64,000 bases of DNA from Mobula hypostoma (GCF_963921235.1 NC_086097.1:186436001-186500000); one strand, 5' to 3'; counted from the first letter of the stretch, positions 38,441-52,416 are shown. The notes: a model not told the origin generated them from the letters alone. Translations and numbers: made by a program.

Positions 38441-38792
38441 TGGAACTTTTCAGCAAAAGACCTTTCATCGGGACTGAAAAAGGGTCTAATTAAGGGTTCC
38501 AGCCTGAAACGGCGACTGTTTACTCTTTTCCATAGATGCTGCCTGATCAGCTGAGTTCCTTCAGCATTTTGCGTCTGATGCTTGGATTTCTAGCATCTGT
38601 AGTTTTTCCTGAGTTTGTGATTCTTTTACCTTATCAAGTCTGATATTTTTCCCCCAGAATTATCATTTTTCTCTACAAACCTCGGACAAATTGGGATACC
38701 AAGATAGGTTGAGCAGTAGATATCTTACTGGGTGATTAAAGTCTAACTAAATAATACAATTTAAGTAGGGGAAACAAAATATTTTATTATTT

Positions 38793-40053
38793 ACAAGCAT
38801 GAGAAAATCTGCAGATAACCCACTGATTCTCACAGCTACTTGGACTGTATCTGTCCCCACCCTGTCGCTTGTAGAAATGCCATCCCCTTCTCTCAGTTCT
38901 TCATCTCCACTGCACCTGCTGTCAGGATGACGCTTTTCATTCCATATCTAATGAGATGTCCTCCTTCTTTGAAGAAAGTGCTTTTCCTTCTCCACCCCCA
39001 GTGCTGCCTTCACCCACATCTCTTCCATTTTGCGCACATCTGCCCTCACCCCATCCTCCCTGCTCCCCACCAGGGATAGGGTTCCTCTTGTCCTCACCTA
39101 TTATCCCACAAGCATCTGCATCAAGCACATAATGTTTCATATCACTTGCCATCTCCAATGGGATCCTGCCACCAAGCACATCTTTCCCCCCACTTTTTGC
39201 ATTCTGCAGGGATCGCTTCCTACGCAACTCCCTTCGAAAATCATCCCTCCCCACTGATCTCCCTCCTGATATTTATCCTTACAAGCATAACAAATGCTGC
39301 ACCTGCCTCTACACCTCCTCCCTCACTACCATTCAGGGCCTCAAACAGTCCTTCTGGCTGAGGCGATACTTCACCTGTGAGACTCTTGGGGTCATCTACT
39401 GTATCCGGTTCTCCCGAAATGGCCTCCTGTATGTTGGTGAGACCTGTCATAGATTGGGAGATCACTTCACCAAGCACCTCCAGAAAAAGCAAATCTCCCA
39501 GTGGCCACTCATTTCAAATGAACTTCCCATTCCCATTCTGACATGTCAGTCCATGACCTTCTTTACTTCTTTACTGAGGCCACACTCAGACTGGAGGAGT
39601 AACACCTTATATTCCGTCTAGATTGCCTCCAACCTGATGTCATGAAAAATTATTTCTCAAATTTCTGGTAATTACACCCCACTTCACCATTCCCCATTCC
39701 TGTTTCCCTCTCTCACTATATCTCCTTACCTACCCATTGTCTCCCTCTGGTGCTCCTCCCCCTTTCCTTTCTCCCATGGCCTTCTGTCCTCTCCTGTTAG
39801 ATTGCCCCTTCTCCAGCCCTGTATCTCTTTCACCAACTTCCCAGCTCTTCACTTCACCCTGCCCCCTCTTCCAAATTCACCCATCACCTATCACGTTGTA
39901 CGTATTCCTCCCCTTCCCCCAACTTCTCACTATGACTTCTCATCTTTTTTTCCTGTCCCAATGGAGGGTCTCTGACTGAAACGTCGACTGTTTACTCTTT
40001 TCCATAAATGCTGCCTGGCCTGTTGAGTTACTCCACATTTTGTGTGTGTTGCT
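38793..40053 (+). mobile_element. Penelope-like element, decayed
   Basis: RDRVPLVLTYYP, GIY-YIG remnant (VIYCIR..GLLYVGET), and a pLTR with a degenerate hammerhead at about 39954-39988. Confidence 0.85.
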
Positions 40054-41374
40054 TATATTAATTTTCATTTCTCTTTCATTCGTTCCCTGAAATTTTGCTC
40101 CTATTTATATCTTCCCAATTGAAAACTGACAAAATTCAATCAACTCTCATGATTTTGAGTGGCAGATAGCTATAAATTCAAATTAATGATCTTCCTGTTG
40201 GTAATCAAGCACTTTATCATATCAAGACATCAACGTCTTTGGGAGAACTCATGTAAGATGTGAGTGAGATATTTCATCGGAATAAGACAGGTGACAATAA
40301 TAACTGCATATCAGACCTTCAATGTTAAAGAACAGTAAAAGCAACCATCATTTACACTGTAACATGTATCCATAAATTACATACTTTTATAATTTATAAT
40401 TATAATTGCCATTTTAAACATAATAGACAGTGAGCATTTGCAAAAAAAATGTAAATATAATTTTTTAAAGCAATGATATATTCATCTCACAGGTATTGCA
40501 ATCCCAGTTGGCTTATTAATTGGAATATATGTCAACTTCAGTACTTGTCAAATGTAAAGATATCTGGATTGCTTCATTGACTTCGTCATGTCAAATACAA
40601 TTTATGTTAAAGATTAGCTTTATTAGTTAAATACACATCGAAGCATCGCAACATACAGTGAAATGCGTCATCTGTGTCATTGTTTGAGGTGTGCTGGAGG
40701 CAGCCTGTAAGTGCTGCCATACTTCCAATGCCAACGTAGCATGCCCAGGTCTACACTCAAGTCCTGGTGCATTCCTTCTTCAATGAAGAAAAGCCATCAA
40801 TGCAAAATGTGGGTGTACTATCTTTTTTGGGAGCAAAAGTGACTCAAGATCTTCCACACAGTATTCATGGTGTCTGTGTAGAATGGTAAACAGTTGTTAT
40901 AATTCTAGTAGAATTCAATGCTTTCTATCATTATTTTACATTGCAAGAAGAGGCTTCACAGATGCTGCAAGGTATAGTGCCTTCAAATATTTACACAGAA
41001 CTAAGTTCTTTGAAGCCTGGGTGCATTTGTAGCCACTCCCCTTGCAACACAGCATAACTGGAAAGCAAGTGATGGGGAGAGTAAAATATATCCTTCAAGA
41101 ACAAGGAAATGAGAGAAAAGAACTCTGAACAAGAGAGGGTGTTCAAGAAACATGGACTGTATGTACTTCAGTAAGGCTAATCTCCCAAAACCCTCACTTG
41201 CTGCAGTTATACTTCAATGTAGGGCAAAGAAAAGACTATTGTGGGGGTCACGGGGGGGGGTCACAAAAGATATAGATATTTATGGATAAAGTAAAGGTAA
41301 AAGATATTAATAAAAATATTTGCATGCTTTCATAATTACTGTCCTCTTCCATGCAAAGTAATGGCTGATGCTCT

Positions 41375-42256
41375 TGTTACGTACCCCGTAACTGGGTTGC
41401 CAAACCAGCAGAAATGGATCACTCAGTTGGAGTCTGGAGTACTAGAACTAAGAAAGTTTTATTAAAGAAACAAGCAACACAGTAATCGAAAGGATAATAA
41501 ATGCAACAATTCAACAATGATAACCACACATGTGCACAGAATTAAGATAACAGCATCAATCAAGCTCTATCGTTGTCTAGGGGTAAATGACCAATTTCAA
41601 AATGACTCAAAGTTCAGTCCAGTTAGTAGTTCAGTTCGCAGTAATCTTTGCCATGGCGATGGACAAGGTGGGGGAAGAGAGACAGAGAGAACAGGAACAA
41701 CTCATCATTCAGCACAGCTTCACTCACAGACCAGCAAGATGGCTCACAGACCAGCGAGATGGCTCACAAACAGCTTTTTTGGGCGGGTCCTTGGTGATGT
41801 CACCTGAGGTCACCGACTGTGACCCCTCCTCCAGATGCGGTCGATCCTCTGCAGTGAACCCGGCACCCAGGCAAGGGCGGACACACACCGGGTTCCCGCT
41901 GATCGTACCTTTCCACCCTGGTCGTTGTCTGGTACTTCTCACCCACTCGTGAGAAGCGTACCGCTTCCAGGGTCTCGTTACCTCGGGTGGCGTGTGTGTC
42001 TGTCTTAGCGAACCTGTCCCTTTTTATCCCCCTGCTGGGGTATCGCCTGTCCACCACTTCAAACAGTTCAGGGTTCAAAGGGGGAGCCGCTCCAGACAGC
42101 TCCCTCTCCCACGTCCCTCCATTACACATCTCCAGACGCTGCTCCATTGTTCCTTATCTCTCCTTCCCCTGAGGGCAGGTGGCAGACCAACTGCTGATGC
42201 CACTGATGCTAGCCCAGGCCAGCAAACATCTTAATTTTATGTGTATTCTCGTAACA
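41375..42256 (-). mobile_element. Solo LTR (distinct family)
   Basis: TGTTACG...CGTAACA termini and 4-bp TSD CTCT (41371-41374, 42257-42260). AATAAA on the - strand near 41460. Internal 20-bp tandem repeat at about 41722-41770. Confidence 0.9.
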
Positions 42257-42312
42257 CTCTCCATTCAAGGATAGCATCTATAGTTCATTCTTTCTTGCCC
42301 AAGACCAGCAGC

Positions 42313-42710
42313 TTGAATTAAATTGAATTGAATTGAATTGACTTTATTACTTACATCCTTCATATACATGAGGAATAAAATTCTTTACATTACAGCTCCA
42401 TCTAAATATGCAATGTGCAGTTTATAGTAATTTATAATAAATAGTGTGTACAACAGTCAATATAACTTAGAAATAAAATTGTATCAGCATGAATTAATCA
42501 GTCTAATGGCCTGATGGAAGAAGCTGTTCTGGAGCCTGTTGGTCCTGGCTTTTATGCTGCAGTACCATTTCCCGGATGGTAGCAGCTGGAACAGTTTGTG
42601 GTTGGGGTAACTTGGGTCCCCAATGATCCTTCGGGCCTTTTTTACATACCTGTCTTTGTAGATGTCCTGAATAGTGGTAAGTTCACACCTACTGATGCGC
42701 TGGGCTGCCT
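42313..42710 (-). mobile_element. Rex1/Babar-like LINE 3' end
   Basis: IIGDPSYPNHKLFQLLPSGKWYCSIKARTNRLQNSFFHQAIRLIN, with a (TTCAA)n tail. Confidence 0.85.
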
Positions 42711-42749
42711 GAACATGCAGCTTTGCTTGGATTTCAGGAATCACCATGG

Positions 42750-43092
42750 TGCAAGGGAGAATCACAGAGTGAAGCACCACCGAAACAGATCCTTTGATCC
42801 ACCAAGTCTTTGCCAACCATCAAGCATTAATTTTCACTAATCTTTCATTAATCCCGTTTATTTTTCTCTCCACATTCCCATCAACTGTCCCCAGATTCTA
42901 TTATTCACCTATACACAGTGGCCAATTACCCCACCAAGCTGCACTTCTCTGGGGTGTGGTAGGAAACTAGAGGACCCAAGGAAAGTTCACGCAGTGATGG
43001 AGAGAATGTGGAAACCCCACAAAGACTGCAGCTGATTGAGCCTGGGTGTGGGGCAGTGTGAGAAAGAGGCTCTATGGCTGCACCAGTGCGCC
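42750..43092 (-). mobile_element. V-SINE (HE1-like), degenerate
   Basis: - strand TGTGGGGTTTCCACATTCTCTCC..GGTCCTCTAGTTTCCTACCACAC..GGTAATTGGCCAC. Confidence 0.55.
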
Positions 43093-43949
43093 ACTTATTG
43101 AATGCACATTCGTTGCTTTCGTTGCTGTCCTCCATAGTAAAACCTAAAATGATTCTACAGGTTAGTGAGTAAGCAAATGCAACAAATTGTGCTGCTTATG
43201 AAAACATATCCAGGTGCAATATCTGGATTTGCAATACTAATCTCCCTTTAAAAAATATCAATACACTCTTCTTGCTATTTGTGCCTTACAGAGGGAGAAT
43301 ACTTGGGCCACTACTGGTAAGATGGTGGTACAGTGCATATACTCCACCAGTTGTGAGTAGGTGGAGGAACAAAGAGAGGTTAGGGGAGCGCAAGTTTACA
43401 TCATTTGCCGCTTGCTCATCAGAAATAAACTTTAATAATGAAGAGTAATATTTAATATGAAGAATTAGATTTCATCACTGCTTTTACAATTCTAATAATG
43501 GTCAGTATTATTTCTTCTATTGGAGTCAGTACACATGTGCAAAAGCTTCAAGCAGAGCAACTGAGGTCAGGTGTCCTTGTCCATAAACTGTAAGCAACAC
43601 TTACAAAATTCTGGAAGAACTCAGCAGGCTAGGCAGCATCTATGGAAAAGAGTACAGTCGATGTTTCAGGCCGAAGTAAGTTCCTGTTGCTTCAAGTTGT
43701 CTTCCATTTTTCAATGCAAGCAGTTGAGAAGTGTGCCAGTGAGAGATATACAATCATTGTAGTGAGGTGCATGTTATTTATAAATAGCAAGAAATATGGT
43801 GGGCACTGAAGACTTCAGAATGAGATAAGGGAAGACATTAAGTGACCATTTCCTGTATTAGCACATTGTTAGAGGTGTATCCCTAAAATTTAGTGCACAG
43901 TTCAGTACAGGTCTATTTTGTCACTTAAAATTGATCAGATCCTACACAA

Positions 43950-44595
43950 ATTGCGGTACTACTTCACCGAACGCCTTCATTCTATCTGCTGCAAAAGCAG
44001 GATCTCACAGCGGTCAGCCATTTCAATTTGATTTCCCATTTCCATTCTGACATGTCTGTCTATGGTCTCTCTGCTATGATGAGGACAAACTCAGGCTGGA
44101 GGAGCAAAACCTCACATTCTCTCTGGGTATCATCCACCTGGAGGCATGAATATTGATTTCTTTAACATCTGCTTATTCGTCCCCCATCCCCCTTTCTCTC
44201 TTTTGCCATTCACCATTCTGGTTACCCTTCCACCCATTCTCTTCTTTTCACTACCGTCTGGTTCTTCTCATCCTTCCCTTTCGTTCATGGTCCACTACTG
44301 TCTCCTATAATATTTCTTCTTCTTCAACTATTTACCTCTTTTATCTTTCACTGCCCAGCTTCTTACTTCATATCCCTCCCCGTTCACCCACCTGTCCCCT
44401 CACCTAGTCTCACGTAGCTCCTGCCAACTTGAACTCCTTTGCCCCCCACTTTCTTATTCTGGCTTCTATCCCCTTCCTTTATTGATCTGAAGTATTGAGT
44501 ATTTATACCTTCTATAGCTGTTCCCTGACTGGCTGAGTTCCTCCAGCATTTTGTGTGTGTTGTTCAAGATTTCAGGCAACTGCAGAATCTCTTGT
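43950..44595 (+). mobile_element. Penelope-like element 3' fragment, decayed
   Basis: GIY-YIG tail (RLEEQNLTFSLG), pyrimidine-rich region and pLTR end CTGAGTTCCTCCAGCATTTTGTGTGTG. Confidence 0.75.
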
Positions 44596-45459
44596 AAAAC
44601 TGTAGTTAATTGTTTGTTGTTATCCTCATGTTTAAGAAGTATAAAGCATTGCATCAGCAGAATGAGATTCTCCTGGATTCTCTCCTGAAGGTTTGCTGAG
44701 TGAATAAAGATTTTTATATTTCCCAGTTACAGCTTCTGTGTGGCTCAGTTTTGTCAGTCACAACAGCAAAGTGCCTCAAGGATCCGCACATTGTGCCTCA
44801 ATTATTAATGATTGATATTAATGATCTGGAGGAGGGGACAGAGAATGAGGTTTTGAGTTTTGCCAGTGATATAAAATAGGTGGAAGGGCAGATTTTAATA
44901 AGAGTTCCATCACTCTGGAGCTGGATATCAATAGTACGGGCATGTGGGCGAAATCTCAAGAAATGGAGCACAGTCGCATTGTGATTAGCACAAACGCCAG
45001 CTGTAAGATTGGTATTCGATTCCCACCACTGTCTCTCAGGTGCTGGTACCTTCCCTCTGTGATGGTGTGGGTTTCCTCCAAGTGAGTTTTTTCCTTCCCA
45101 GATTCTTCCAGTGCAAGAAGGACGAGACTGCGCAGGCACGTGACGTAGACAGGACAGCGTGGAGAGTTTAAAAAGGACGTCACCCTATACAGCGGGCAGT
45201 GGTCGGAGCTGGCAGCAGAGTGAGTGGCAGCAGAGTGTAGGGCTTTGGCTTCAACGGGCTTAGGCGGTAACGGGAACAGGCGTGAGCGAGGCACCAACTT
45301 TTTTTTTTCCCCCTTTGCGAATCGGCCCAGACAGACAGGAACAGCAGGGCTCTCACAGCTAACGGTACGAGCTAACAGTTTAAAAAGTTCGTCTGTTTGG
45401 CAAGGTAAGTGGGTGAGTAGACTTATTTTTCCTATTTCATTCCTGTAGAATTAGATAGC

Positions 45460-46397
45460 ATGCCTGCAGGGTTAGTGCTTTGTTCAGGGTGTCAGATGTG
45501 GGAATCCTGGGAGACCTCCAGCCTCCCTGATGGCCACATCTGCGCCAGGTGCACCGAGATGCAGCTCCTCAGAGACCGTGTTAGGGATCTGGAGCTGCAG
45601 CTTGATGACCTACTGCTTATCAGGGAAAGTGAAGAGGTGATAAACAGGAACTACAGGGAGGTAGTCATCCCTAGGCTACAGGGGTCAGAAAACTGGGTCA
45701 CTGTCAAGAGAGGGAAGGGAAATGCCCGGATAATGGAAAGCACCCCATGTGGCTGCCCCCCTAAGCAACAAGTATCTTGTTCTGGATGCTGTTGAGGGGG
45801 ATGACCTGACAGGGGACAGCCACGGTGACCGGGTCTCTGGCACTGAGCCTGGCGCTGTTGTGCAGGAGGGAAGGAGGGAGAAGAGGAATTGCGATTGTCA
45901 TAGGGGATCCCATAGTCAGGGGAACAGACAGGAGATTCTGTGATCCTGATAGAGATACCCGCATGGTGTGTTGCCTCCCAGGTGCCAGGGTACGGGATGT
46001 CTCGGATCGGGTCCAGAATATTTTGAAGGGAGAAGGCGAGTAGCCAGTTGTCTTGGTACATGTTGGTACCAATGACATAGATAGGAGAAGGGAGGAGGTC
46101 CTGAAGAGAGATTTCTGGGAGTTAGGAAGGAAGCTGAGAAGCAGGACCTCCATGGTAGTAATCTTGGGATTGCTGCCTGTGCCACGTGCTAGCAAGGGCA
46201 AGAATAGTAGGATCAGGCAGATGAATGCGTGGCTGAGAGACTGGTGCAGGGGGCAGGGCTTAGGATTCTTGGATAATTGGGATCTCTTCTGGGGGAAGTA
46301 TGACCTGTTCAAAATGGACAGATTACACCTGAACCCGAAGGGGACCAATATCCTGGAGGGAAGGTTTAATAGAGCTGTTAGGAAGGGTTTAAACTAA
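45460..46397 (+). pseudogene. CR1 ORF1 (Cys-rich zinc finger, coiled coil, SGNH esterase-like), disrupted
   Basis: CSGCQMWE..ICARCTEMQLL, IVIGDPIVRG, VHVGTND and DRLHLN. Frameshift near 45748 and stop at 46041. Confidence 0.85.
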
Positions 46398-46532
46398 TTT
46401 GGCAGGGGGATGGGAACCAGAATGATAGAGCGGAAGAAGGGGAAAACAGAAAGAAATCTAAGATAGTGAGCAGTAGAGATGTCAGGAAAGACAGGTGATG
46501 GGGCAAATTTGCAGCCATTAGGATGAGTTGCA

Positions 46533-49260
46533 GTGCAATCAAAGCAAAAAGTACCAAATACTGGTCTTAAGGTGTTATACTTAAATGCATGCAGCATAAG
46601 GAATAAGGTGGATGATCTTGTCGTACAGCTACAGGTTGGCAGGTATGATATTGTGGCCATCACTGAGACCTGGCTAAAGGATGCATGTCTCTGGGAGCTG
46701 AACGTCCAAGGATACACGGTGTATCGGAAGGATAGGAAGGTAGGCAGAGGGGGAGGCGTGGCTTTATTGGTAAGAAATGATATCAATTATTAGAAAGAGG
46801 TGACATAGGATCGGAAGGTGCAGAATCTTTATGGGTTGAGCTAAGAAATAGCAGGGGTAAAAGGACCCTGATGGCAGTTATTTATAGGCCTCCAAACAGC
46901 AGCAGTGAAGTGGATACAAATTACAACAGAAAATAGAAAAGGCTTGTCAGAATGGCAGTATTATGATTATTGTGGGGGATTTTAACATGCGAGTGGATTG
47001 GGAAAATCAGGTCGGCACTGGATCTCAAGAGAGAGAATTTGTAGAATGTCTGCGAGATGGCTTTTTAGAACAGCTTGTTGTTGAGCCCACTAGGGGATCG
47101 GCTGTACTGGATTGGGTATTGTGTAATGAACCGGAGGTGATTAGAGAGATTGAGGTGAAGGAACCCTTAGGAGGCAGTGATCATAACATGATTGAGTTCA
47201 CTGAGAAATTTGAAGAAGAGAAGCCGAAATCCAATGTGTCGGTATTTCAGTGGAGTAAAGGAAATTACAGTGGCGTGAGAGAGGAACTGGATAAAGTTGA
47301 CTGGAAAGGGATACTAGCAGGAAGGATGGCAGAGCAGCAGTGGCTGGAGTTCACGCGAGAAGTGAGGAAGATGCAAGACAGATATATTCCAAAAAAGAAG
47401 AAATTTTCGAATGGAAAAAGGATGCAACAGTGGCTGACAAGAGAAGTCAAAGCCAAAGTTAAAGCAAAGGAGAGGGCATACAAGGAAGCAAAAATTAGTG
47501 GGAAGACAGAGGATTGGGAAGTTTTTTAAAAGCTTACAAAAGGAAACTAAGAAGGTCATTAAGAAAGAAAAGATGAACTATGAGGAAGCTAGCAAATAAT
47601 ATCAAAGAGGATACTAAAAGCTTTTTCAATATATAAAGAGTAAAAGACAGGTGAAAGTAGATATAGGACCGATGGGAAATGATGCTGGAAAAATTGTAAT
47701 GGGAGATAAGGAGGTGGCGAAGGAACTGAACGAGTATTTTGCATCAGTCTTCACTGAGGAAGACATCAGCAGTATACCGGACACTCAAGGATGTCAGGGA
47801 AGAGAAGTGTGCGCAGTCGTAATTACAACAGAGAAAATACTCAGGAAGCTGTGGAGATTGCGGAGGCATTAGCAATGATCTTTCAAAAGTCGATAAATTC
47901 TGGCATGGTTCTGGAGGACTGGAAGATTGCAAATGTCACTCTGCTAATTAAGAAGGGGGCAAGGAAGCAAAAAGGAAATTATAGACCTGTTGGCTTGACA
48001 TCAGTGGTTGGGAAGTTGTTGAAGTCAATTGTCAAGGATGGGGTTACGGAGTACCTGGAGGCATATGACAAGATAGGCAGAACTCAGTATGGTTTCCTTA
48101 AAGGAAAATCCTGCCTGACAAAACTATTACAATTTTTTGAGGAAATCACAAGTAGGCAAGACAAGGGAGATGCAGTGGATGTTGTATATTTGAATTTTCA
48201 GAAGGCCTTTGACAAGGTGCCACACATGAGGCTACTTAACAAGATAAGAGCCCATGGAATTATGGGAAAGTTACATACGTGGATAGGGTGTTGGCTGATT
48301 GGCAGGAAACAGAGAGTGGGAATAAAGGGATCCCATTCTGGTTGGCTGCCGGTTACCAGTGGTGTTCCACAGGGGTCTGTGTTGGGGCCGCTTCTTTTTA
48401 CATTGTACATCAACAATTTGGATTATGGAATAGATGGCTTTGTGGCTAAGTTTGCTGATGATACAAAGATCGGTGGAGGGGCTGGTAGTGCTGAGGAAAT
48501 GGAGAGTCTGCAGAGAGACTTGGATAGATTGGAAGAATGGGCAAAGAAGTGGCAAATGAAATACAATGTTGGAAAGTGTATGGTTATGCACTTTGGCAGA
48601 AGAAATAAACGGGCAGACTATTGTTTAAATCGGGAGAGAATTCAAAGTTCTGAGGTGCAACGGGACTTGGGAGTCCTTGTGCAGGATACCCTTAAAGTTA
48701 ACCTCCAGGTTGAGTCGGTGGTGAAGAAGGTGAATGCAATGTTGGCATTCACTTCTAGAGGAATAGAGTATAGGAGCAGGGATGTGATGTTGAGGCTCTA
48801 AAAGGCGCTGGGAAGACCTCACTTGGAATACTGTGGGCAGTTTTAGGTTCCTTATTTAAGAGAGGATGTGCAGACCTTGGAAAGGGTACAGAGAAGATTC
48901 ACTAGAATGATTCTGGGAATGAGAGGATTAACATATGAGGAATGTTGTCTGCTCTTGGACTGTATTCCTTGGAGTTTAGAAAAATGAGGGGGGACCTCAT
49001 AGAAACATTTCGAATGTTGAAAGGCATGGACAGAGTGGATGTGGCAAAGTTGTTTCCCATGATGGGGGAGTCTAGTACGAGAGGGCATGACTTAAGGATT
49101 GAAGGGCGCCCGTTCAGAACAGAGAAGCAAAGAAATTTTTTTAGCCAGAGGGTGGTGAATCTATGGAATTTGTTGCCACAGGAGGCAGTGGAGGCCAAGT
49201 CATTGGGTGCATTTAAGGCAGATATTGATAGGTATCTGAGTAGCCAGGGCATCAAAGGTG
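46533..49260 (+). pseudogene. CR1 ORF2 (AP endonuclease and reverse transcriptase), disrupted
   Basis: YLNACSIRNK, ITETWL, VGDFN, GSDHN, NYRPVGLT, FQKAFDKV, GVPQGSVLGP and KFADDT. Several frameshifts and stops, plus a small deletion near 47850. Confidence 0.9.
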
Positions 49261-50022
49261 AGAAGGTGGGATGTGGGACTAAATAGGAGAATGGATCAGC
49301 TCATGATAAAATGCCAGAGCAGACTTGATGGGCCGAATGGCCAACTTCTGCTCCTTTGTCTTATGGTCTTATTCCAGAGGTGTACAACATATTGTGGACA
49401 TGCAATGTTGGCACTGGAAATGTGGTTACATTTGCAGGGATACCCAGCACAATCCCCAATAATTTGATTTGATGCAAACGATACATATCACTGTGTGTTT
49501 CAATGTACATGTAACAAATAAAACTAATCTTTCGTCTTTAGCCTTTACTCTTGGAAAGTTTGAAGTCACGTACTTCAAGCTGAAGATTCAAAGACCACTC
49601 ACTCTCCAGTATGCAAATTGGGGTGGATCAAAGGAAGGTAAAGTACAGAGGAATCTGGAGACACAAGAGATCACAAATGCTGGAGTCCGGAGCAAAATGC
49701 CATCTGCCGGAGGAACTCAATGGGTAGGGCAGCATCTGTGAGGAGAAAGGGATTGCTGATCTGAAATATCATCAGTTCCTTGACCCTCATGGATGCTGCT
49801 TGGCTCACTGAGATTCTGTTGCTATGGCAGGAGTTATATGTTCTTGCTCTTAAATCATGGTAAGATATAGCTTGGAAACAGACGCTTCATTCAAATAGAG
49901 TCCATCATCAATCACTTCCAGAATCAAGGACAGATCCTGCCCTGCCATTAAAAGACCACTGAATGGTCCCCTAGCATGATAAGATGGACTCTTGACCTCA
50001 CAGTCTTTCTCATTGTGATCTT

Positions 50023-50665
50023 AGAACATAAGACCTTAAATATGAATAGAATTATATCACTCAGCCTATTGTGTCAGTTACTCTGTCATGGCTGATTCCT
50101 CTCAACCACATTCACCTGCATTCTCGCTGTAACCTTTAACACCCTGATTAACCAAGAAGCTGTCAACTTCTGCTTTAAATATACTCAATGACTTGGCCTC
50201 CACAGCTGTCTGTAACAATAAATTCAACAAATTCACTACCCTCTGGCTTAAGATATTCCTCCTCTTCTCTGTTCTAAATGGACGTCCCTCTATTCTGAGA
50301 CTGTGCTCTCTGGTCCTAGGCTCACCCACTTAAGGAGACATCCTCTCCACATCTACTCTATCTAAGCCTTTCAATATATGATAGGTTTCAATCAGATCTC
50401 CCTTTATTCTTCTGAACTCCAACGAGTACAGGCCCAGAGCCATCAAATGCTCCTCATATCTTAATGCTTTCATTCCCCAAGTCATTCTTGTGAACCTCCA
50501 CTGGACCCTCACTAATGCCAGTACATCTTTTCTTAGATTAAGGGACCAAAACTGCTTACCATACTCCACGTGCAGTCTGACCCATGCCTTATTACATGCC
50601 TCCACATTACATCCTTGCTTCTATACTTTAGTCCTCTCGAAAACAATGCTAACATTACATTTATT
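50023..50665 (-). mobile_element. CR1 3' fragment
   Basis: LGLYSLEFRRIKGDLIETYHILKGLDRVDVERM and LRIEGRPFRTE. Confidence 0.85.
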
Positions 50666-51390
50666 TATCTTGCAGCTCATTGTCTACCCGCACAGCACGT
50701 TATCTGTTACTATTATTTTGCATTCTATTATTGTTTTATTTTGTATTACCTCAGAGCATGGTGTTATGATTTGATCTGTTTGAACAGTATGCAAGACAAG
50801 TTTTTCACTGCACCTCTGTATGCATGACAATAATAAACCAATTGCAATCAGACCCACAATTTGATTTGGGATAAAGATCTAGGTTTCAGTTGATTTATTG
50901 CCATTTTGAATTATCAACCTTCATTTAGTAAAACCTTTCTTCAGATGTGCAACATGAACAGGTTCAACTAATAAATGGGGTCAATCCAATGTTTATTCTG
51001 CCATGAATTTAAATATGTACTGCAATGGAGCTCAGGCTTGCTTAGCTCCAATTTTGCAGCTCGTTATTCTACTGAACCATAGTCAAACTCCCTCATTTCA
51101 TTGCATTCTTATTTTCTTACAACCCACATGAAGTTTAATTAGCCACTGACCCACAACCAAATCAAAAAGTAAATAAGGCGTGAGCCAGCTGCCTATCAGA
51201 TACATCAGGTACCAACACTTTCAATTAACTTTCACATGCATTCTGTCCAAACTCAATAAACTTAGGTAACCTACTGTGATGTGACATCTGCTGATTTGTG
51301 TTCTTAATCTAGTACTGTCTTAATTTGATGACAATGGTTTCTGTAATTGGATGTAATTAACTGGTTCATTTCTTCCCAGGGTGTTGAAGG

Positions 51391-52416
51391 GAATTCCATG
51401 GACTCAGTGATTATGTTAGAGACTGAAATAATGAAGGCCCAGGCAAATAGAGAGTCAGTAGTGGCAGTGTTCTTTGACATTGAAAAAGCCTATGATATGA
51501 TGTGGAAGGAAGGATTATTAATTAAACTGCACAAGATGGGGGTTGGTGGGAGAGTTTTTAATTGGATTAAAGATTTTTTGTTTGGTAGAAAAATTCAAGT
51601 TCGGATTGGATCAGAATTATCAAAACAGTACATAGTGGAAAATGGCACACCTCAAGGTAGTGTGATTAGCCCGTTACTTTTCATCATTATGATCAATGAT
51701 GTCTTCACAAAGGTACCAGTGGATATAGGTAGGTCACTGTTTGCGGATGATGGGGCCTTGTGGAAAAGAGGCAGGAACATGGACCATATAATCAGGAAAC
51801 TACAAGAAGCAATTGATGAAGTGGTGGAGTGGGGTTATGATTGGGGATGTAGATTTTCAGTAGATAAAACTCAAACTGTATTTTTTACCAGGAAAAGGGT
51901 TGAGGTAGGGAAGAAGTTAAGAATGTATAGGGTTGAATTAGAAAGGGTTGCATCATTTAAATTTCTGGGAGTTATATTTGATTCACTATTAACATGGGCA
52001 GACCATATCAGGAAAGTTGAGGAGAAATGTAAAGAAGTAATAAATGTGATGAGATGTTTGACTGGTAGGGAATGGGGAGCAAGTTGTTCAGCTTTGAAGA
52101 GAATGTATGTGGCTTTAGTGAGATCCGTATTGGATTATGGAAATATAGTATATGGATCAGCAGCTAGGTCTCTTATAAGGAAACTGGATGTGATTCAGGC
52201 TCAGGCCTTGAGAGTGTGCAGTGGGGCTTTTAAAACGTCACCAGTGTCAGCCCTACAGGTAGAAATGGGAATAATGCCTTTGGAACTAAGAAGGATGCGC
52301 GCGCGATTGGGTGAAGCGATTTAGAATGTATGTCTAGTGCACATTCTGGAGCAGAGGGTGGCGGTAATATACCATTAAGCTGGATGCCAACCGCCATAAA
52401 ACAAGATACAGACAGA
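51391..52416 (+). mobile_element. Nimb/I-clade LINE, 5'-truncated and internally deleted
   Basis: Open RT frame (VFFDIEKAYD, GTPQGSVISP, LFADD, ALRVCSGAFKTSPVSALQVE). 3' end has a TGGCGGT...ACCGCCA hairpin and (GACA)n tail. 14-bp TSD CAGGGTGTTGAAGG (51377-51390, 52417-52430). Confidence 0.85.

Larger units (their letters stand above)
45112..49371 (+). mobile_element. Near full-length CR1 LINE
   Basis: CpG-rich 5' UTR, ORF1, ORF2 and a (CTTATGGT)-type tail. 6-bp TSD TTCCAG (45106-45111, 49372-49377). Inserted into a SINE-like repeat. Confidence 0.92.

Noticed and set aside
47791..48801. 336-aa ORF as an active reverse transcriptase gene
   Set aside because: It is part of a CR1 ORF2 broken by frameshifts, stops and a deletion.
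51347..52324. 325-aa ORF as a domesticated gene
   Set aside because: The start and end codons come from the flank and the deletion junction, it is bounded by a TSD, and nothing indicates selection.
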